DNA of 64,000 bases from an uncultured Gammaproteobacteria bacterium (GCA_964645605.1 CAZYCE010000006.1:2981-66980), one strand, 5' to 3'. Numbered from the stretch's first letter, positions 29,573-40,702 are shown. Numbers and translations are program-made. Notes: generated by a model not told the origin, from the letters alone.

Positions 29573-31138
29573 ATGAGAAAATTCTTTAAAAATAATTGGC
29601 TCTATCTTTTGGGTGTGGGGATGGTGTTGCTTCTTTTTTCCCTCCGTTTCTACCACCTGACAATTCTACCAATCTTTGCGGATGAAGCAATCTATATCCG
29701 TTGGGCACAGGTGATGAGGGCGGAGGAAACTCTTAGATTTCTTCCCCTTTCCGACGGGAAAGAACCTCTTTTTATGTGGGCTGTCATACCCTTTTTAAAA
29801 ATATTTTCCGACCCTCTTGTTGCCGGAAGAGTAGTTTCAGTGCTGTCGGGTCTTGCAACAATGATCGGAACAAGTTTTCTTTCTTATCTTCTTTTTAAAA
29901 ACAAAAAAGTCGCTTTAATGGCAGCTTTAATCTACGCGGTTTCGCCGTTTACTTTTTTCTTTGACAGAATGGCACTTGTGGATTCAATGCTTACAATGTT
30001 TGGCGTCTGGACTTTTATATTTTCTTTTCTTGCCGTTAGAAACAAAAGGTTTGATTTTGCTATGTTGGCGGGTTTTTCCCTTGGCGGCGCGTGGTTAACT
30101 AAATCATCGGCATTGTTTTTTGCCTTAATGCTTCCGGTGTTTTTGTTGGTGGCTCCATGGAAAAGGAAAACAAAGGAAAATTTTCCAATATTGGTTAAAT
30201 CAATCGGCTTGCTTTTGGCAACGGCAGTAATCGGATACGGATTTTTTAATATTCTAAGACTTGGGCCGAACTTTCATCTCATATCATCCCGCAATATGGA
30301 TTATGTTTATCCGATAAGCCATATATTTACCAGTCCGTTTGACCCTTTCAGGGTATTTATAGAGGCTTCGGCAAGATGGATATCTGCAATGGGGCCGTGG
30401 CCGTTATATTTATTGGCAGTTGCCGGTATTTTGGTGAATTTTAAAAAGAGGTGGAAAGAGATCGTAATTGTTGCGATTTGGTTGTTATTGCCCATAATTG
30501 TAAATTCTGAATTCGCAAAGTCTTTTACGGCAAGATATATTTTATATAACGTCCCATACCTAATGGTTTTGGCAGCTTCTGTTTTTACAGCAAAACTCAG
30601 TAGAATCAAAAGTATTTTATTGTATTTAGTTTTAGCGGTTTTTGTATTTCTATCTATTCGATTCGATTATTATCTACTGTTTAATCCCTACAAAGCCGAT
30701 CTTCCAAGAAGTGAAAGATCCGGGTATCTTGAGGAGTGGACTGCGGGACAAGGAATTGCCGAAACCGCCAAATACCTGATAGAAGAGCAGGCCGCCTCGC
30801 CGAATGAAAAGATTGTTGTTGGCACTGAAGGTTATTTCGGAACACTTCCCGATGGTCTTCAAATTTACCTTCAAAAATATCCCCAAATTACGGCAATCGG
30901 GGTAGGTCTAAGGTTCGATAATATACCGTCTCCTCTCATGGGTTCCAAGGCCTACGGAGACAAAACCTATCTTCTGGTCAATGCATCAAGATTCAGCGGC
31001 AATGCCCAATATTTAGGGTTAAAGCTTGTTAAAGAGTTTCCGAAAGCCGAAAAACCAAACGGTACTCATGACTCCCTGCTTTTATTTGAGGTGACAAATG
31101 AAGCGCTTAAAGTTAAGGCCAATTTTACGGACCTGTAA
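29573..31138 (+). CDS. ArnT/PMT-like GT-C glycosyltransferase
   Basis: FADEAIY, GKEPLFMW, DRMALVD, LTKS. Confidence 0.85.
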   Translation: MRKFFKNNWLYLLGVGMVLLLFSLRFYHLTILPIFADEAIYIRWAQVMRAEETLRFLPLSDGKEPLFMWAVIPFLKIFSDPLVAGRVVSVLSGLATMIGTSFLSYLLFKNKKVALMAALIYAVSPFTFFFDRMALVDSMLTMFGVWTFIFSFLAVRNKRFDFAMLAGFSLGGAWLTKSSALFFALMLPVFLLVAPWKRKTKENFPILVKSIGLLLATAVIGYGFFNILRLGPNFHLISSRNMDYVYPISHIFTSPFDPFRVFIEASARWISAMGPWPLYLLAVAGILVNFKKRWKEIVIVAIWLLLPIIVNSEFAKSFTARYILYNVPYLMVLAASVFTAKLSRIKSILLYLVLAVFVFLSIRFDYYLLFNPYKADLPRSERSGYLEEWTAGQGIAETAKYLIEEQAASPNEKIVVGTEGYFGTLPDGLQIYLQKYPQITAIGVGLRFDNIPSPLMGSKAYGDKTYLLVNASRFSGNAQYLGLKLVKEFPKAEKPNGTHDSLLLFEVTNEALKVKANFTDL

Positions 31139-32480
31139 AAAATACCTTCCCATTATTCTGATTATCGCTCTGGCGGTTTTTCTTAGATTCTATCTTTTGG
31201 AAAGAAGAGCTGCCTTTGATGCCGACCAGGAAGAAATTGCATTTAAGGCTAAAGAACTTTTGTCCGGAAACCCCGTACTTCTCGGTCCCAAAACGAGCTT
31301 GGGAGGTTTCTCAATAGGCCCCGGTTTTACCTATCTCTGGGCACTATTTGCTTTGTTTTTAAAGGGGGATCCCATTGCGGGTGCATATCTTTCCGTGTTT
31401 TTGGGAATTTTGTTTATTATTGGAACATACCTTATTTCGAGGAAAATATTTTCGGAAAGGGTCGGGTTAATTCTCTCTTTTATAATTGCGGTTTCCGTCA
31501 GCTTCATACAATGGGATCAAAATTCTTGGGCGCCTTCACTGTTCTATCTGTCGGAATTGATTACTTTTTACGGGGCGTACATTTCAAAAGACAATAAAAA
31601 TGGGTTGCCGCTTGTCGCACTGGGTTTAGGATTAGGGTTCCAATCCCATTTTGCAGTCTTTTTGCTTTTGCTGCCCCTAGCTGTTTATTTATTATTTTAT
31701 AAACCGATCATTAACAGGAAGACTTTAATTACACTTTTATCGATTCTTATTGTCTCGATACTTCCGGTAATACTCTTTGACCTCCTAAACGGATTTGTTA
31801 ATCTACAAAGGCTTCTTTCGATCTTTACTCTCGGCAGGGCGGGGGTTGCCGTTCCGAAAATAAAAATAATTACGACACTTATGTCAAATTCTTCAGGTAT
31901 TCTCTGGCCGCATTTTTCGATTCTTCCTGTTGTTCTGATTTTTGCCATAACTGTTTTGTATTCCTTTAGGGGAATATATAGAGACAAAACTTCTCGCCCT
32001 CTTCTGGTTCTTATAAACCTTTTCCTCTTTGCCCCATTTCTTATTTTTCTTTTTTATAAATCAAATTTTTCAGAATATTATCTAATGACTGCGGTTGTAC
32101 CGTTTTTGTTTCTTTTGGGATACCTATTTTCGGCTGTCAAAAGTAAATACGCACTTCTTTTAATCCTTGGTATTTTTTCATTTTTGAATGTGAGAAGCTT
32201 TATTTCTATTTATAAGCCGATGAATCTTTACGCAAAGGAACAAATAGTCCGGGAAGTTATTGAAAGAGGGGGGAAGAACGGGTACGGTGTTTCCTTGAGT
32301 GTTAAGCCCGGATACGGTTTTGGCTACTCCTATCTATTTGGTTATTACAATGCAAAACCTGATTTACCACCTTTAAAAAATCAAAAGAAAATATTTACAG
32401 TTATATCCCCGCCCGGATATAAAGGAATAGAGCCCATGATCGAGGTAGACGGCGTTGGCCTGCGGTGGGAAGGATATTAA
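31098..32480 (+). CDS. ArnT/PMT-like GT-C glycosyltransferase
   Basis: FDADQEE, LLGPKTS, IGPGFTY, QSH. Confidence 0.82.
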   Translation: MKRLKLRPILRTCKKYLPIILIIALAVFLRFYLLERRAAFDADQEEIAFKAKELLSGNPVLLGPKTSLGGFSIGPGFTYLWALFALFLKGDPIAGAYLSVFLGILFIIGTYLISRKIFSERVGLILSFIIAVSVSFIQWDQNSWAPSLFYLSELITFYGAYISKDNKNGLPLVALGLGLGFQSHFAVFLLLLPLAVYLLFYKPIINRKTLITLLSILIVSILPVILFDLLNGFVNLQRLLSIFTLGRAGVAVPKIKIITTLMSNSSGILWPHFSILPVVLIFAITVLYSFRGIYRDKTSRPLLVLINLFLFAPFLIFLFYKSNFSEYYLMTAVVPFLFLLGYLFSAVKSKYALLLILGIFSFLNVRSFISIYKPMNLYAKEQIVREVIERGGKNGYGVSLSVKPGYGFGYSYLFGYYNAKPDLPPLKNQKKIFTVISPPGYKGIEPMIEVDGVGLRWEGY

Positions 32481-32519
32481 ATTTTACTAACCCCATAAGT
32501 GGTCTTAGCGTGCTAGAAC

Positions 32520-32528
32520 TGGTAAAAT
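32520..32528 (+). promoter_or_regulatory. Extended -10 TGG-TAAAAT, 7 nt before ATG 32536
   Basis: Motif seen directly. Confidence 0.62.
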
Positions 32529-32535
32529 TTAGATT

Positions 32536-34032
32536 ATGAATGAAGAAGATGGCGTAGCGCCTTCGGATCCCACTACGGAAATCCCTCTTGAAACCGTGAA
32601 GAAGCGTTCCGTACGGGGGGTAGTCGTTCTTACGGGCAGGACATTCTTACTTCAGGTTATTAGCCTTGTTGCCCAGTTATTTCTTTTTGCCTATCTTAAT
32701 AAATACGAATTCGGCGTCTTTGCGATAGTCAGTGCAATTATTAACTTTTTGGTTTATTTCTCCGATATCGGTCTGGCCGCGGCGTTAATTCAGAAAAAGG
32801 AAAAACCCACGGATACGGATTTAAAAACTACTTTTCTTGTTCAACAACTTCTGGTTTTGATAATAATCGCGGTTGTTTTTCTCTTAAGCCCGTTTCTCGC
32901 TCAAAAATTTTCACTCGACCATGATGGACAAATACTTTTGTATGCACTTGCCGTGTCACTCCTTTTCTCCTCGTTAAAAGGCATTCCGTCGGTCCTTTTG
33001 GAGCGCAAGCTTGAGTTTGTGAAATTGGCTTTTCCTCAAATTCTGGAACAGGTTGTCTATAACGTTGTCTTGGTTTATCTTGCCATGAAAGGCTTCGGGC
33101 TTAAAAGTTTTACTTTTGCCGTTCTTATCCGTGGAATTGTCGGGCTTGTAACTATTTACATTCTTCAACCCTGGAAGCCGGGCATCGCGTTTTCCGGAAA
33201 AACCTTGAAAGGTCTTTTTAAATTTGGCATTCCCTACCAAATCAATACTTTTCTGGCTACTTTTAAGGATGACGGAATGACGCTTGTTCTGGGAAGTATT
33301 TTGGGGCCGGTTGGGGTAGGTGTTCTTTCATTCGCCCAAAAAATAGCCAGATTCCCATTGACATTTTTTATGGACACGGTGACCCGGGTAACATTCCCGG
33401 CTTTCTCCCGGATGCAGGACGCGAAGGACGACCTTGAAAGAAGTGTCACAAGATCAATATTTTTCATTTGCCTTTTAGTGTTCCCGAGCTTAGCCGGTAT
33501 TTCAATATTGGCTCCGATCTTGGTGCGCGTTATACCAAGATATAATCAATGGGTGCCGGCCCTTGTTCCGATCGTTTTTGTTTCGATTAATTTTGCTTTC
33601 GCCGCGGCCACAACACAACTTACGAACCTCCTTAATGCTATCGGGAAAATCAAGATTACTTTCTATTTAATGATCATGTGGACGGTACTGACCTGGGCTT
33701 TTGTTCCGTTTTTGGCTATTAAATTTAATGTGACGGGTGCGGCGATAGGATATTCACTGGTCGGAGCCTCCTCACTTGTCGCAATATTTGTGGCCAAAAG
33801 ATACGTCAACTTTTCAATTACCGATTCGGTGATAAAACCTTTAGTGGGAACAATCGTCATGAGTGTGGCGCTTATTGTAGCGCGTAGGTTTTTACCTGTA
33901 ACCCTCACCTCCTTGGAAATATTGGTGGCAATAGGAGCAGCTATTTATGTTACCTCAATGATTTCTATGGTGGGCGTCAGTCTTATTGAAGATGCTAAAA
34001 AAAGCTTCAAAACAATTTTTACGAAGAAGTAA
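32536..34032 (+). CDS. Wzx/MOP-family oligosaccharide flippase
   Basis: EFGVFA, DIGLAAALIQK, VTFPAFSRMQ; ~13-14 TM. Confidence 0.88.
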   Translation: MNEEDGVAPSDPTTEIPLETVKKRSVRGVVVLTGRTFLLQVISLVAQLFLFAYLNKYEFGVFAIVSAIINFLVYFSDIGLAAALIQKKEKPTDTDLKTTFLVQQLLVLIIIAVVFLLSPFLAQKFSLDHDGQILLYALAVSLLFSSLKGIPSVLLERKLEFVKLAFPQILEQVVYNVVLVYLAMKGFGLKSFTFAVLIRGIVGLVTIYILQPWKPGIAFSGKTLKGLFKFGIPYQINTFLATFKDDGMTLVLGSILGPVGVGVLSFAQKIARFPLTFFMDTVTRVTFPAFSRMQDAKDDLERSVTRSIFFICLLVFPSLAGISILAPILVRVIPRYNQWVPALVPIVFVSINFAFAAATTQLTNLLNAIGKIKITFYLMIMWTVLTWAFVPFLAIKFNVTGAAIGYSLVGASSLVAIFVAKRYVNFSITDSVIKPLVGTIVMSVALIVARRFLPVTLTSLEILVAIGAAIYVTSMISMVGVSLIEDAKKSFKTIFTKK

Positions 34033-35719
34033 GGCGATCATTCTTGTTTTAACAGGTACGATTGTTTGGTCTTTAGTTATGGTCAGAAACAGCCTTTGTT
34101 GGGATGCCGGATGCACGGGAGGACTTGGTTTTTGGGGGGCAAACGGACACGACGGTATTTGGCATATTGCCCTGATCAGAAGTCTTGCGAAAGGCAATTT
34201 TCAAATGCCGATTTTTTCAGGCGATAGTATCCAAAATTATCACATTGGTTTTGATTGGATACTCTCCCGGATAGTGAGGCTGACCGGGATTACGCCATCC
34301 ATCCTGTATTTTCAGGTTATTCCGCCGATACTGGCAATACTGGTGGGGGTTCTCACATATAGATTCGTTTATCTTTGGCGCAAGTCGGAAAGCGAGTCTT
34401 TGTGGGCTACATTTTTTGTATATTTTGGCGGAAGTTTCGGATGGTTGGTTTCTCTCATCAGAGGGCAAGGTTTAGAGGGGGAGAGTATGTTTTGGTCAAT
34501 GCAGTCGGTATCTACATTAATTAACCCTCCCTTTGCTCTTTCTCTTATAACGATTCTTTTGGGCCTTATTTATCTTTTAAAATATTTAAAAAATAAATCC
34601 GCAGTCAATTTTTTTCTGACGGTATTCTTTTTTGGTGTATCAATTTTTATTAAAGTGTATGCCGGTCTTTTAGTTTTGACTTCGCTGCTGGCAATTTGCA
34701 TTTGTCAAATTCTGAAAAAGAGAGACCATTCCGTTTTGGCAATTTTTCTGGCCGCTTCAGTGATATCAGTAAGTTTATTTTTGCCTTTTAATAAATCTTC
34801 AAGCGGACTGATTTCTTATAGTCCGTTCTGGTTTTTGGAATCGATGATGGCCCTCTCGGATAGATTTAATTGGCAAAAAATGTATTCGGCAATGACTACC
34901 TACAGAATGGGGCAGATTTGGGTAAAGGCAATTTTGGCTTACGGCCTATCTTTTGTAATTTTTATAGTTGGAAATTTCGGAACCAGAGTAATTGCTCTAA
35001 AGGCTGTATTGAAAAAGCCCGGAAAGCTTCTTTCGGCCGGCCCGATGGAAATATTTTTGTTTATTTTGATTTTGGCCGGAATAGTTGTTCCGACGTTTTT
35101 TGTCCAAAAAGGCACGCCTTGGAATACGATTCAGTTTTTCTATTATTCTTTGATTTTTAGCGGCATTGCCGCAGGAATTGAGGTTTCCAAACTGGTGAAT
35201 AAAAGCTCCCCGTTCAAAGGTGCTCTGATCGCAATTTTCCTGATACTTATTACCGTTCCTACCACAATTAATTCAATCGGAAATTATTTTCCCGGAAAAC
35301 CGCAATCGATTCTTCCGAAGGGGGAGGCGGAAGCATTGAAATTTTTATCAATGCAGCCTGCCGGTATTATCTTGACATATCCATTCGATGCAGATAAGGC
35401 AAAGACTGCGGTTGCTCCAAAACCTCTTTATTTATACACTTCCACTGCTTATGTTTCTGCTTTTTCCGGGCATCCTATCTATATTGAAGATCAAATAAAC
35501 CTTGATATCATGCAATATCCGTGGCATGAAAGAAGACAATTGGTGGAAAATTTTCTTAATACCCTTGATATCGACTATGCCAGGCGCTTCCTTAAGGAAA
35601 ATAACATATCATATATATATTGGGTAGGTGATCAACATGCACGGATTGGGGATTCTCAACTTGGGCTTACCAAGATTTATCAAGGAGGCGACGTTACCAT
35701 TTTTAAAGTAAATGAATAA
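33992..35719 (+). CDS. Large GT-C-fold membrane protein (HDGxWH type) with STT3/AglB-like C-terminal core
   Basis: GHDGIWH, NYH, EALKFL..., YVSAFSG, FLKENNISYIY; paralog of 42469-44316. Confidence 0.65.
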   Translation: MLKKASKQFLRRSKAIILVLTGTIVWSLVMVRNSLCWDAGCTGGLGFWGANGHDGIWHIALIRSLAKGNFQMPIFSGDSIQNYHIGFDWILSRIVRLTGITPSILYFQVIPPILAILVGVLTYRFVYLWRKSESESLWATFFVYFGGSFGWLVSLIRGQGLEGESMFWSMQSVSTLINPPFALSLITILLGLIYLLKYLKNKSAVNFFLTVFFFGVSIFIKVYAGLLVLTSLLAICICQILKKRDHSVLAIFLAASVISVSLFLPFNKSSSGLISYSPFWFLESMMALSDRFNWQKMYSAMTTYRMGQIWVKAILAYGLSFVIFIVGNFGTRVIALKAVLKKPGKLLSAGPMEIFLFILILAGIVVPTFFVQKGTPWNTIQFFYYSLIFSGIAAGIEVSKLVNKSSPFKGALIAIFLILITVPTTINSIGNYFPGKPQSILPKGEAEALKFLSMQPAGIILTYPFDADKAKTAVAPKPLYLYTSTAYVSAFSGHPIYIEDQINLDIMQYPWHERRQLVENFLNTLDIDYARRFLKENNISYIYWVGDQHARIGDSQLGLTKIYQGGDVTIFKVNE

Positions 35720-37427
35720 AATGCGCGGATTAATAAAAAAAATATCAATATTTTCAAAAAAGAAAATCTTTTGGATTATTCTTATTACGCTTTTCACTAT
35801 TCCGACATTTTCTGCATTATTAAAACCGGGCTTTTTTGCAATGCAGGATGATCTTCAGGCTTTTAGGGTCTACGAGATGGACAAATGCTTTGCGGATCTG
35901 CAGATTCCTTGCAGATGGGTACCGGATGCGGGATATAAATACGGTTACCCCCAGTTTAACTTTTACCCACCCCTTCCTTATTATATCGGCGCCGCAATGC
36001 ACCGGGTTGGAATTCAATATATAGATACCGTAAAAATACTGTTTATTTTTGGATATGTCCTTTCGGCAATTACCATGTTTCTTCTCGTATCCGAACTGAC
36101 CGGAAGCTACTGGCCGAGTTTCGTTGCATCGCTTGCCTATTCATATATTCCATATAAAGCCGTCGAAGTTTACGTGAGGGGTGCTCTTAGCGAATTTTGG
36201 GCACAAATATTCTTCCCGCTGATTTTTTGGGCGATATATAAACTGATCAAATCCGGAAAAACCAAATATCTTATTTGGACCGGTCTTTCCATATCCTTAC
36301 TTTTGACAACTCACACTTTAATGACAATGATTTTTGCCCCCGTTGCCGTGATCTGGGCGGCCTATTGGTTATTTAAGACCAAGTGGAAAAATTTGGGTAA
36401 AGTAATTGGCGGCGGAATTTTAGGATTTTGCCTCTCCGCATTTTTTATTCTTCCCGTAATCTTTGAAAAGCAGTTCGCGCACACCGAAAGTATGTTGTCC
36501 GGATATTTTGATTACCGGCAGCATTTTGTCAGTCTTTATAAACTTTTTATTTCCAGGGAGTGGGGTTATGGTTCTTCCGGTTTTCCAAATGAAAAATTAA
36601 ATCTTTCTTTGGGTATAGTGCAATGGATTGCCGGCCTGGTGATTGCACCCGTTGTGGCTTTAATTAATTTAAAAAAACATAAAAGATTTTCAATTCTTGT
36701 TTTGGGCCTTACTGCTTTGGCCCTCTTCAGTATTTTTATGATCCATATGAAATCAAGCTTCATTTGGGCCCAACTTCCCTTTTTGTGGTATTTGCAATTT
36801 CCCTGGAGATTTTTGGCCGTTTCAATATTTCTTCTTTGCTTGCTGGTTGGACTGACTGTGCATATGTTTGGAAAATACAAATATATTTTTGGTATTTTAT
36901 TGATTGTGACCTCCTTTGCCCTTACGATATCTTTTTATGTTCCTAAAGCCTGGTTTAATATCAAAGACTCGGATAAATTTTCCGGAGTCTCTTGGCAAAA
37001 ACAAATGACAATCAGTATTTTCGATTATCTGCCGATTTATGCAAAACTTCCGCCGATTACTCAGGCACCCGATTTTCCCGAGGTCATAGACGGCAAAGCC
37101 GAGTTTTCCGATTACAAAAAAGGCAGTGATTTTCAAACGGGAAATGTGAGCGTTGACTCGGAGGCGACAATTCGTTTGCCGCTTTTTGACTTTCCGGGTA
37201 TGCGGGTTAAAGCGGATGGAAAATTGGTGAACCATGGGCATGATGATTGTAGAAATGAAGAATTTTGTTTGGGACTAATAAGCTTTAAGCTTCCGAAAGG
37301 GGAGCATAAAATTGAGGTAGAATTAACTGACACTCCGGTTAGAAGAATCGGAAATTATTTGTCAATTGCCGGAGCAGCTTTCGTCGTTTGGCTTTTGATA
37401 AAAAAGAATGAAAAAAATAATAACTAA
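35712..37427 (+). CDS. YfhO/PTPS-related GT-C membrane protein (paralog 1)
   Basis: QDDLQ, CRWVPD, YGYPQFNFYPP, YVRGALSE, LQFPWRF, FPG..G.H.I C-terminal domain. Confidence 0.8.
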   Translation: MNKMRGLIKKISIFSKKKIFWIILITLFTIPTFSALLKPGFFAMQDDLQAFRVYEMDKCFADLQIPCRWVPDAGYKYGYPQFNFYPPLPYYIGAAMHRVGIQYIDTVKILFIFGYVLSAITMFLLVSELTGSYWPSFVASLAYSYIPYKAVEVYVRGALSEFWAQIFFPLIFWAIYKLIKSGKTKYLIWTGLSISLLLTTHTLMTMIFAPVAVIWAAYWLFKTKWKNLGKVIGGGILGFCLSAFFILPVIFEKQFAHTESMLSGYFDYRQHFVSLYKLFISREWGYGSSGFPNEKLNLSLGIVQWIAGLVIAPVVALINLKKHKRFSILVLGLTALALFSIFMIHMKSSFIWAQLPFLWYLQFPWRFLAVSIFLLCLLVGLTVHMFGKYKYIFGILLIVTSFALTISFYVPKAWFNIKDSDKFSGVSWQKQMTISIFDYLPIYAKLPPITQAPDFPEVIDGKAEFSDYKKGSDFQTGNVSVDSEATIRLPLFDFPGMRVKADGKLVNHGHDDCRNEEFCLGLISFKLPKGEHKIEVELTDTPVRRIGNYLSIAGAAFVVWLLIKKNEKNNN

Positions 37428-39072
37428 ATATTGGCCTTATTTGATTATCTTTGGCCTAAGTTTTCTTGTCACATGGCCTCTCTTGCGGTACGGTTATTTT
37501 TCCCATCAGGACGATTTGCAGGTGATCAGAATTTTTGAGATGCGGAGATGCTTTACCGATTTACAGATTCCCTGCCGATGGGTTCCCGATATGGGCTGGG
37601 GAAACGGGTATCCTTTATTCAATTTTTATGGGGTATTTATCTACTACCTTGGTGCGATATTTAGCTATGTTTTGGGCTTTATAGGCGCTTCTAAAGCTCT
37701 TTTTTACTTATCGCTTGTTGCAGGTAGTTTTGGGGTATATTTACTCGCCAAAAGTCTTTGGGGAAAACTCCCGGGGCTGGTCTCTGCGGTTCTTTATATG
37801 TTTGCTCCTTATAAGGCCCTGGATGTCTACGTCAGGGGTGCTTTAGCCGAAAGCTTTGCTCTGGCGGTAATTCCATTTGTTTTTTACTTCGGATACAAGT
37901 TGATAGCATCAACGGAAAAGAAGAAATACGGAACTCTTTTTGCACTTTCCGTATTCATATTTATGATAACCCACAACATTATGGTTATCATTTTTTTACC
38001 GATATTAATCTGCTGGCTGGTTTACTGGTTGGCTCTGGGCAAATGGAAAGATATTAAAACAGTCGCGGTGCCTTTGGCATTGGGTGTGGGACTTTCCGCA
38101 TTCTTTTTGCTTCCGGCCTTTTTAGAAAAAAATCTTGTTCAGACGGAGTCTTTGCTTCGCTTTGAATTGGATTTTCGGGCTAATTATTTAAAATTGGCCC
38201 AGCTTTTTGCTGATCGTGTGTGGGGATACGGCACATCCATTCCCGGTCCTGAAGGGGGAATGAATTTCCAGATAGGTTGGCCGCATTGGTGGCTGGCTGT
38301 AATCTCGTCGATCCTTCTTTTTGTCTCAAAGTCCAAAAAGAGTATGAAAGTTTTGGTGTCCTTAATTCTTGCAACCTTTGCTTTGTCGGTTTTTATGACA
38401 CACAATAAATCAACTTTTATCTGGGTAAATATAAGTCTTCTTAAATATTTCCAATTTCCCTGGCGGTTTTTATCTCTTTCAATTTTTACCTCATCACTTC
38501 TCGGAGGATTTGTTGTTTCATCAGTGAAAAACAAATGGCAAATTTGTGTAACTCTTCTGATTATTGCACTGACAGCGGCTCTTAACTGGAATTATTTCAG
38601 ACCAAAAGTAATCTACCCCATAAACGATTCGCAAAAACTTTCGGGAGATCTTTGGGATCAGGAGAGGCGGGGAGCGCTTCTCGACTATCTGCCTAAAACC
38701 GCACTAGAACCGCGTGAGGCAGCTCCTGATGCCCCGCTGGTAAGATCCGGGGAAGCGATAATAACGGATTTTACCAATCGCTCAAACAGATGGGAATTTA
38801 CGGCTAATGTGACAGAGAGGGCCGAGATCGAAGTTCCTGTTTTCTATTTTCCAAATTGGAAAGTTTATATAGGGGGGGCGCCATATTCTTTTACCTACGA
38901 TAATCTTTTGGGGAGAATTTCTGTAACCCTTGAGCCCGGCAGCTATAAAGTAGAAGGAAAATTTGAAAATACGCCTTTAAGAACTGTCTCAAATGTTATA
39001 TCACTTATAAGTTTGGCAGGACTTAATGTTTACATTTTTTATGCAAAAAACCAAAAAAAGCATTCTATCTAA
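37408..39072 (+). CDS. YfhO/PTPS-related GT-C membrane protein (paralog 2)
   Basis: QDDLQ, CRWVPD, GYPLFNFY, YVRGALAE, FQFPWRF, YFPNW. Confidence 0.8.
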   Translation: MKKIITKYWPYLIIFGLSFLVTWPLLRYGYFSHQDDLQVIRIFEMRRCFTDLQIPCRWVPDMGWGNGYPLFNFYGVFIYYLGAIFSYVLGFIGASKALFYLSLVAGSFGVYLLAKSLWGKLPGLVSAVLYMFAPYKALDVYVRGALAESFALAVIPFVFYFGYKLIASTEKKKYGTLFALSVFIFMITHNIMVIIFLPILICWLVYWLALGKWKDIKTVAVPLALGVGLSAFFLLPAFLEKNLVQTESLLRFELDFRANYLKLAQLFADRVWGYGTSIPGPEGGMNFQIGWPHWWLAVISSILLFVSKSKKSMKVLVSLILATFALSVFMTHNKSTFIWVNISLLKYFQFPWRFLSLSIFTSSLLGGFVVSSVKNKWQICVTLLIIALTAALNWNYFRPKVIYPINDSQKLSGDLWDQERRGALLDYLPKTALEPREAAPDAPLVRSGEAIITDFTNRSNRWEFTANVTERAEIEVPVFYFPNWKVYIGGAPYSFTYDNLLGRISVTLEPGSYKVEGKFENTPLRTVSNVISLISLAGLNVYIFYAKNQKKHSI

Positions 39073-40702
39073 ATATTTAATCCCTTTGGTTCTAGTTTTG
39101 TCGATTCCGGCAATAAGATATCTTTTCGTCTATGGTTTTTTTGGGGTTTCCGATGATCTGCATATCGCCTGGCTTTATGAAATGGATAGGGCTGTCAAAA
39201 TGCTTCAGTTTCCGCCCCGTTTTGTCCCGGATTTAAGTTTTGGATTCGGTTACCCGCTTTTTAATTTCGTTTACCCGCTCCCGTTTTATATAGGAGAACT
39301 AATACACCTTCTGGGGTTTTCTCTGGTTGATAGCGTCAAGATGGTTTTCGGCTTATCGATTCCTTTTTCCATGTACTTTATGTACAAATTCCTAAAGGAA
39401 TTTTTGCCTGAAGAGCTATCTTTGGCCGGCTCCGTGCTCTATGTTTATGCTCCTTACCGGGCCACGGAAATTTTTGTCCGGGGGACGATAGGGGAGATTG
39501 TTGCCTTTGCGGTGGTTCCGGTTGTCGCATTGGCTTTTGTGAACCTAACCAAAGAAAAAGTGTCCGCAAAATGGATCGGAATAGCAGGTCTGTCGGTCGC
39601 TGCATTGGTTCTGTCGCACAATATTATGGCCTATATGTTCATGCCTTTTGCCCTTCTTCTTTTGGTTTCCAGGTTAATATTTATAACAAAAAACAAAAAG
39701 CAGGCAGTTATCCGCAGTTTTTCCGGCATTTTTTTGGGACTTTTGGCATCCGGATATTTTTGGTTTCCTGCAATTTATGAAAGCAGACTAATGCATTATG
39801 ATACGGTTTTTAATTTCTACGACCACTTCCCCACATTGAAGCAATTTGTTACACCTTACTTTGGTTATGGAGCTTCGGTTCCGGGGCCATACGACACGAT
39901 GTCATTTTATTTTGGTCTGACGGGAATCGTGGTGGCAGCTATTGGTCTGATCCTTTTTGTCTTAAAACATAAAAAGTTTTCTCCGGAGGAGAAAGTCTAT
40001 TTTGGTTGGGGAATGGTGATACTTTTGGTGAGTATATTTATGATGAATTTCCGCTCTGCGTTTTTGTGGAGAAACCTGCCTCTTTTGCCGTATTTTCAGT
40101 TTCCTTGGAGATTTCTGGCAATGGTAGTCTTTGCTATTCCGATACTCCTTGTGGGCTTTTCCAAATATAAATTCGGGAAAATAGCCTCGTATATTGTTAT
40201 TATCGGGGCAATTGTGCTCAATTTTAATTATTTTAAAACCAGCGAATATCTGGGAAGGGACGACGCATATTACCTTAATAGATATATTCCCGTTCCAGTT
40301 GCGTCAGAAGAATATAAAAAAACATTGGAAGAATACTTGAGGCTGCCTGCGGGCACCGAGGTAAGGCCCTCGGATAATTTTCCCAGAGCCTATGCGGAAG
40401 TTCCGGCAATATCCCAAGTAGAAGAAATAAATGCATTGGATGCAAAAATCACCACCAATTACGGAGAAAGCTTTATACTCAATTACAGTAAGTACTATTT
40501 TCCGGGTTGGTTTGCTAAGATAGATGGGAAGAGTGCTGAGGTAACGGCCGGGAAACCTTATGGCCAGATCGCCTTGTCTGTTCCGGCGGGTACACATACG
40601 GTTGAAGTTTATTACAGTGAATCAACCTTGAGGTTGGTATTTGATTTGATTTCGCTGGTTGGCATCGGGACCGCCGTATTTCTTGTATTAAGGAAAAAAT
40701 GA
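39041..40702 (+). CDS. YfhO/PTPS-related GT-C membrane protein (paralog 3)
   Basis: SDDLH, RFVPD, GYPLFNF, FVRGTIGE, FQFPWRF, YFPGW..IDG..PAGTH. Confidence 0.8.
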   Translation: MQKTKKSILSKYLIPLVLVLSIPAIRYLFVYGFFGVSDDLHIAWLYEMDRAVKMLQFPPRFVPDLSFGFGYPLFNFVYPLPFYIGELIHLLGFSLVDSVKMVFGLSIPFSMYFMYKFLKEFLPEELSLAGSVLYVYAPYRATEIFVRGTIGEIVAFAVVPVVALAFVNLTKEKVSAKWIGIAGLSVAALVLSHNIMAYMFMPFALLLLVSRLIFITKNKKQAVIRSFSGIFLGLLASGYFWFPAIYESRLMHYDTVFNFYDHFPTLKQFVTPYFGYGASVPGPYDTMSFYFGLTGIVVAAIGLILFVLKHKKFSPEEKVYFGWGMVILLVSIFMMNFRSAFLWRNLPLLPYFQFPWRFLAMVVFAIPILLVGFSKYKFGKIASYIVIIGAIVLNFNYFKTSEYLGRDDAYYLNRYIPVPVASEEYKKTLEEYLRLPAGTEVRPSDNFPRAYAEVPAISQVEEINALDAKITTNYGESFILNYSKYYFPGWFAKIDGKSAEVTAGKPYGQIALSVPAGTHTVEVYYSESTLRLVFDLISLVGIGTAVFLVLRKK

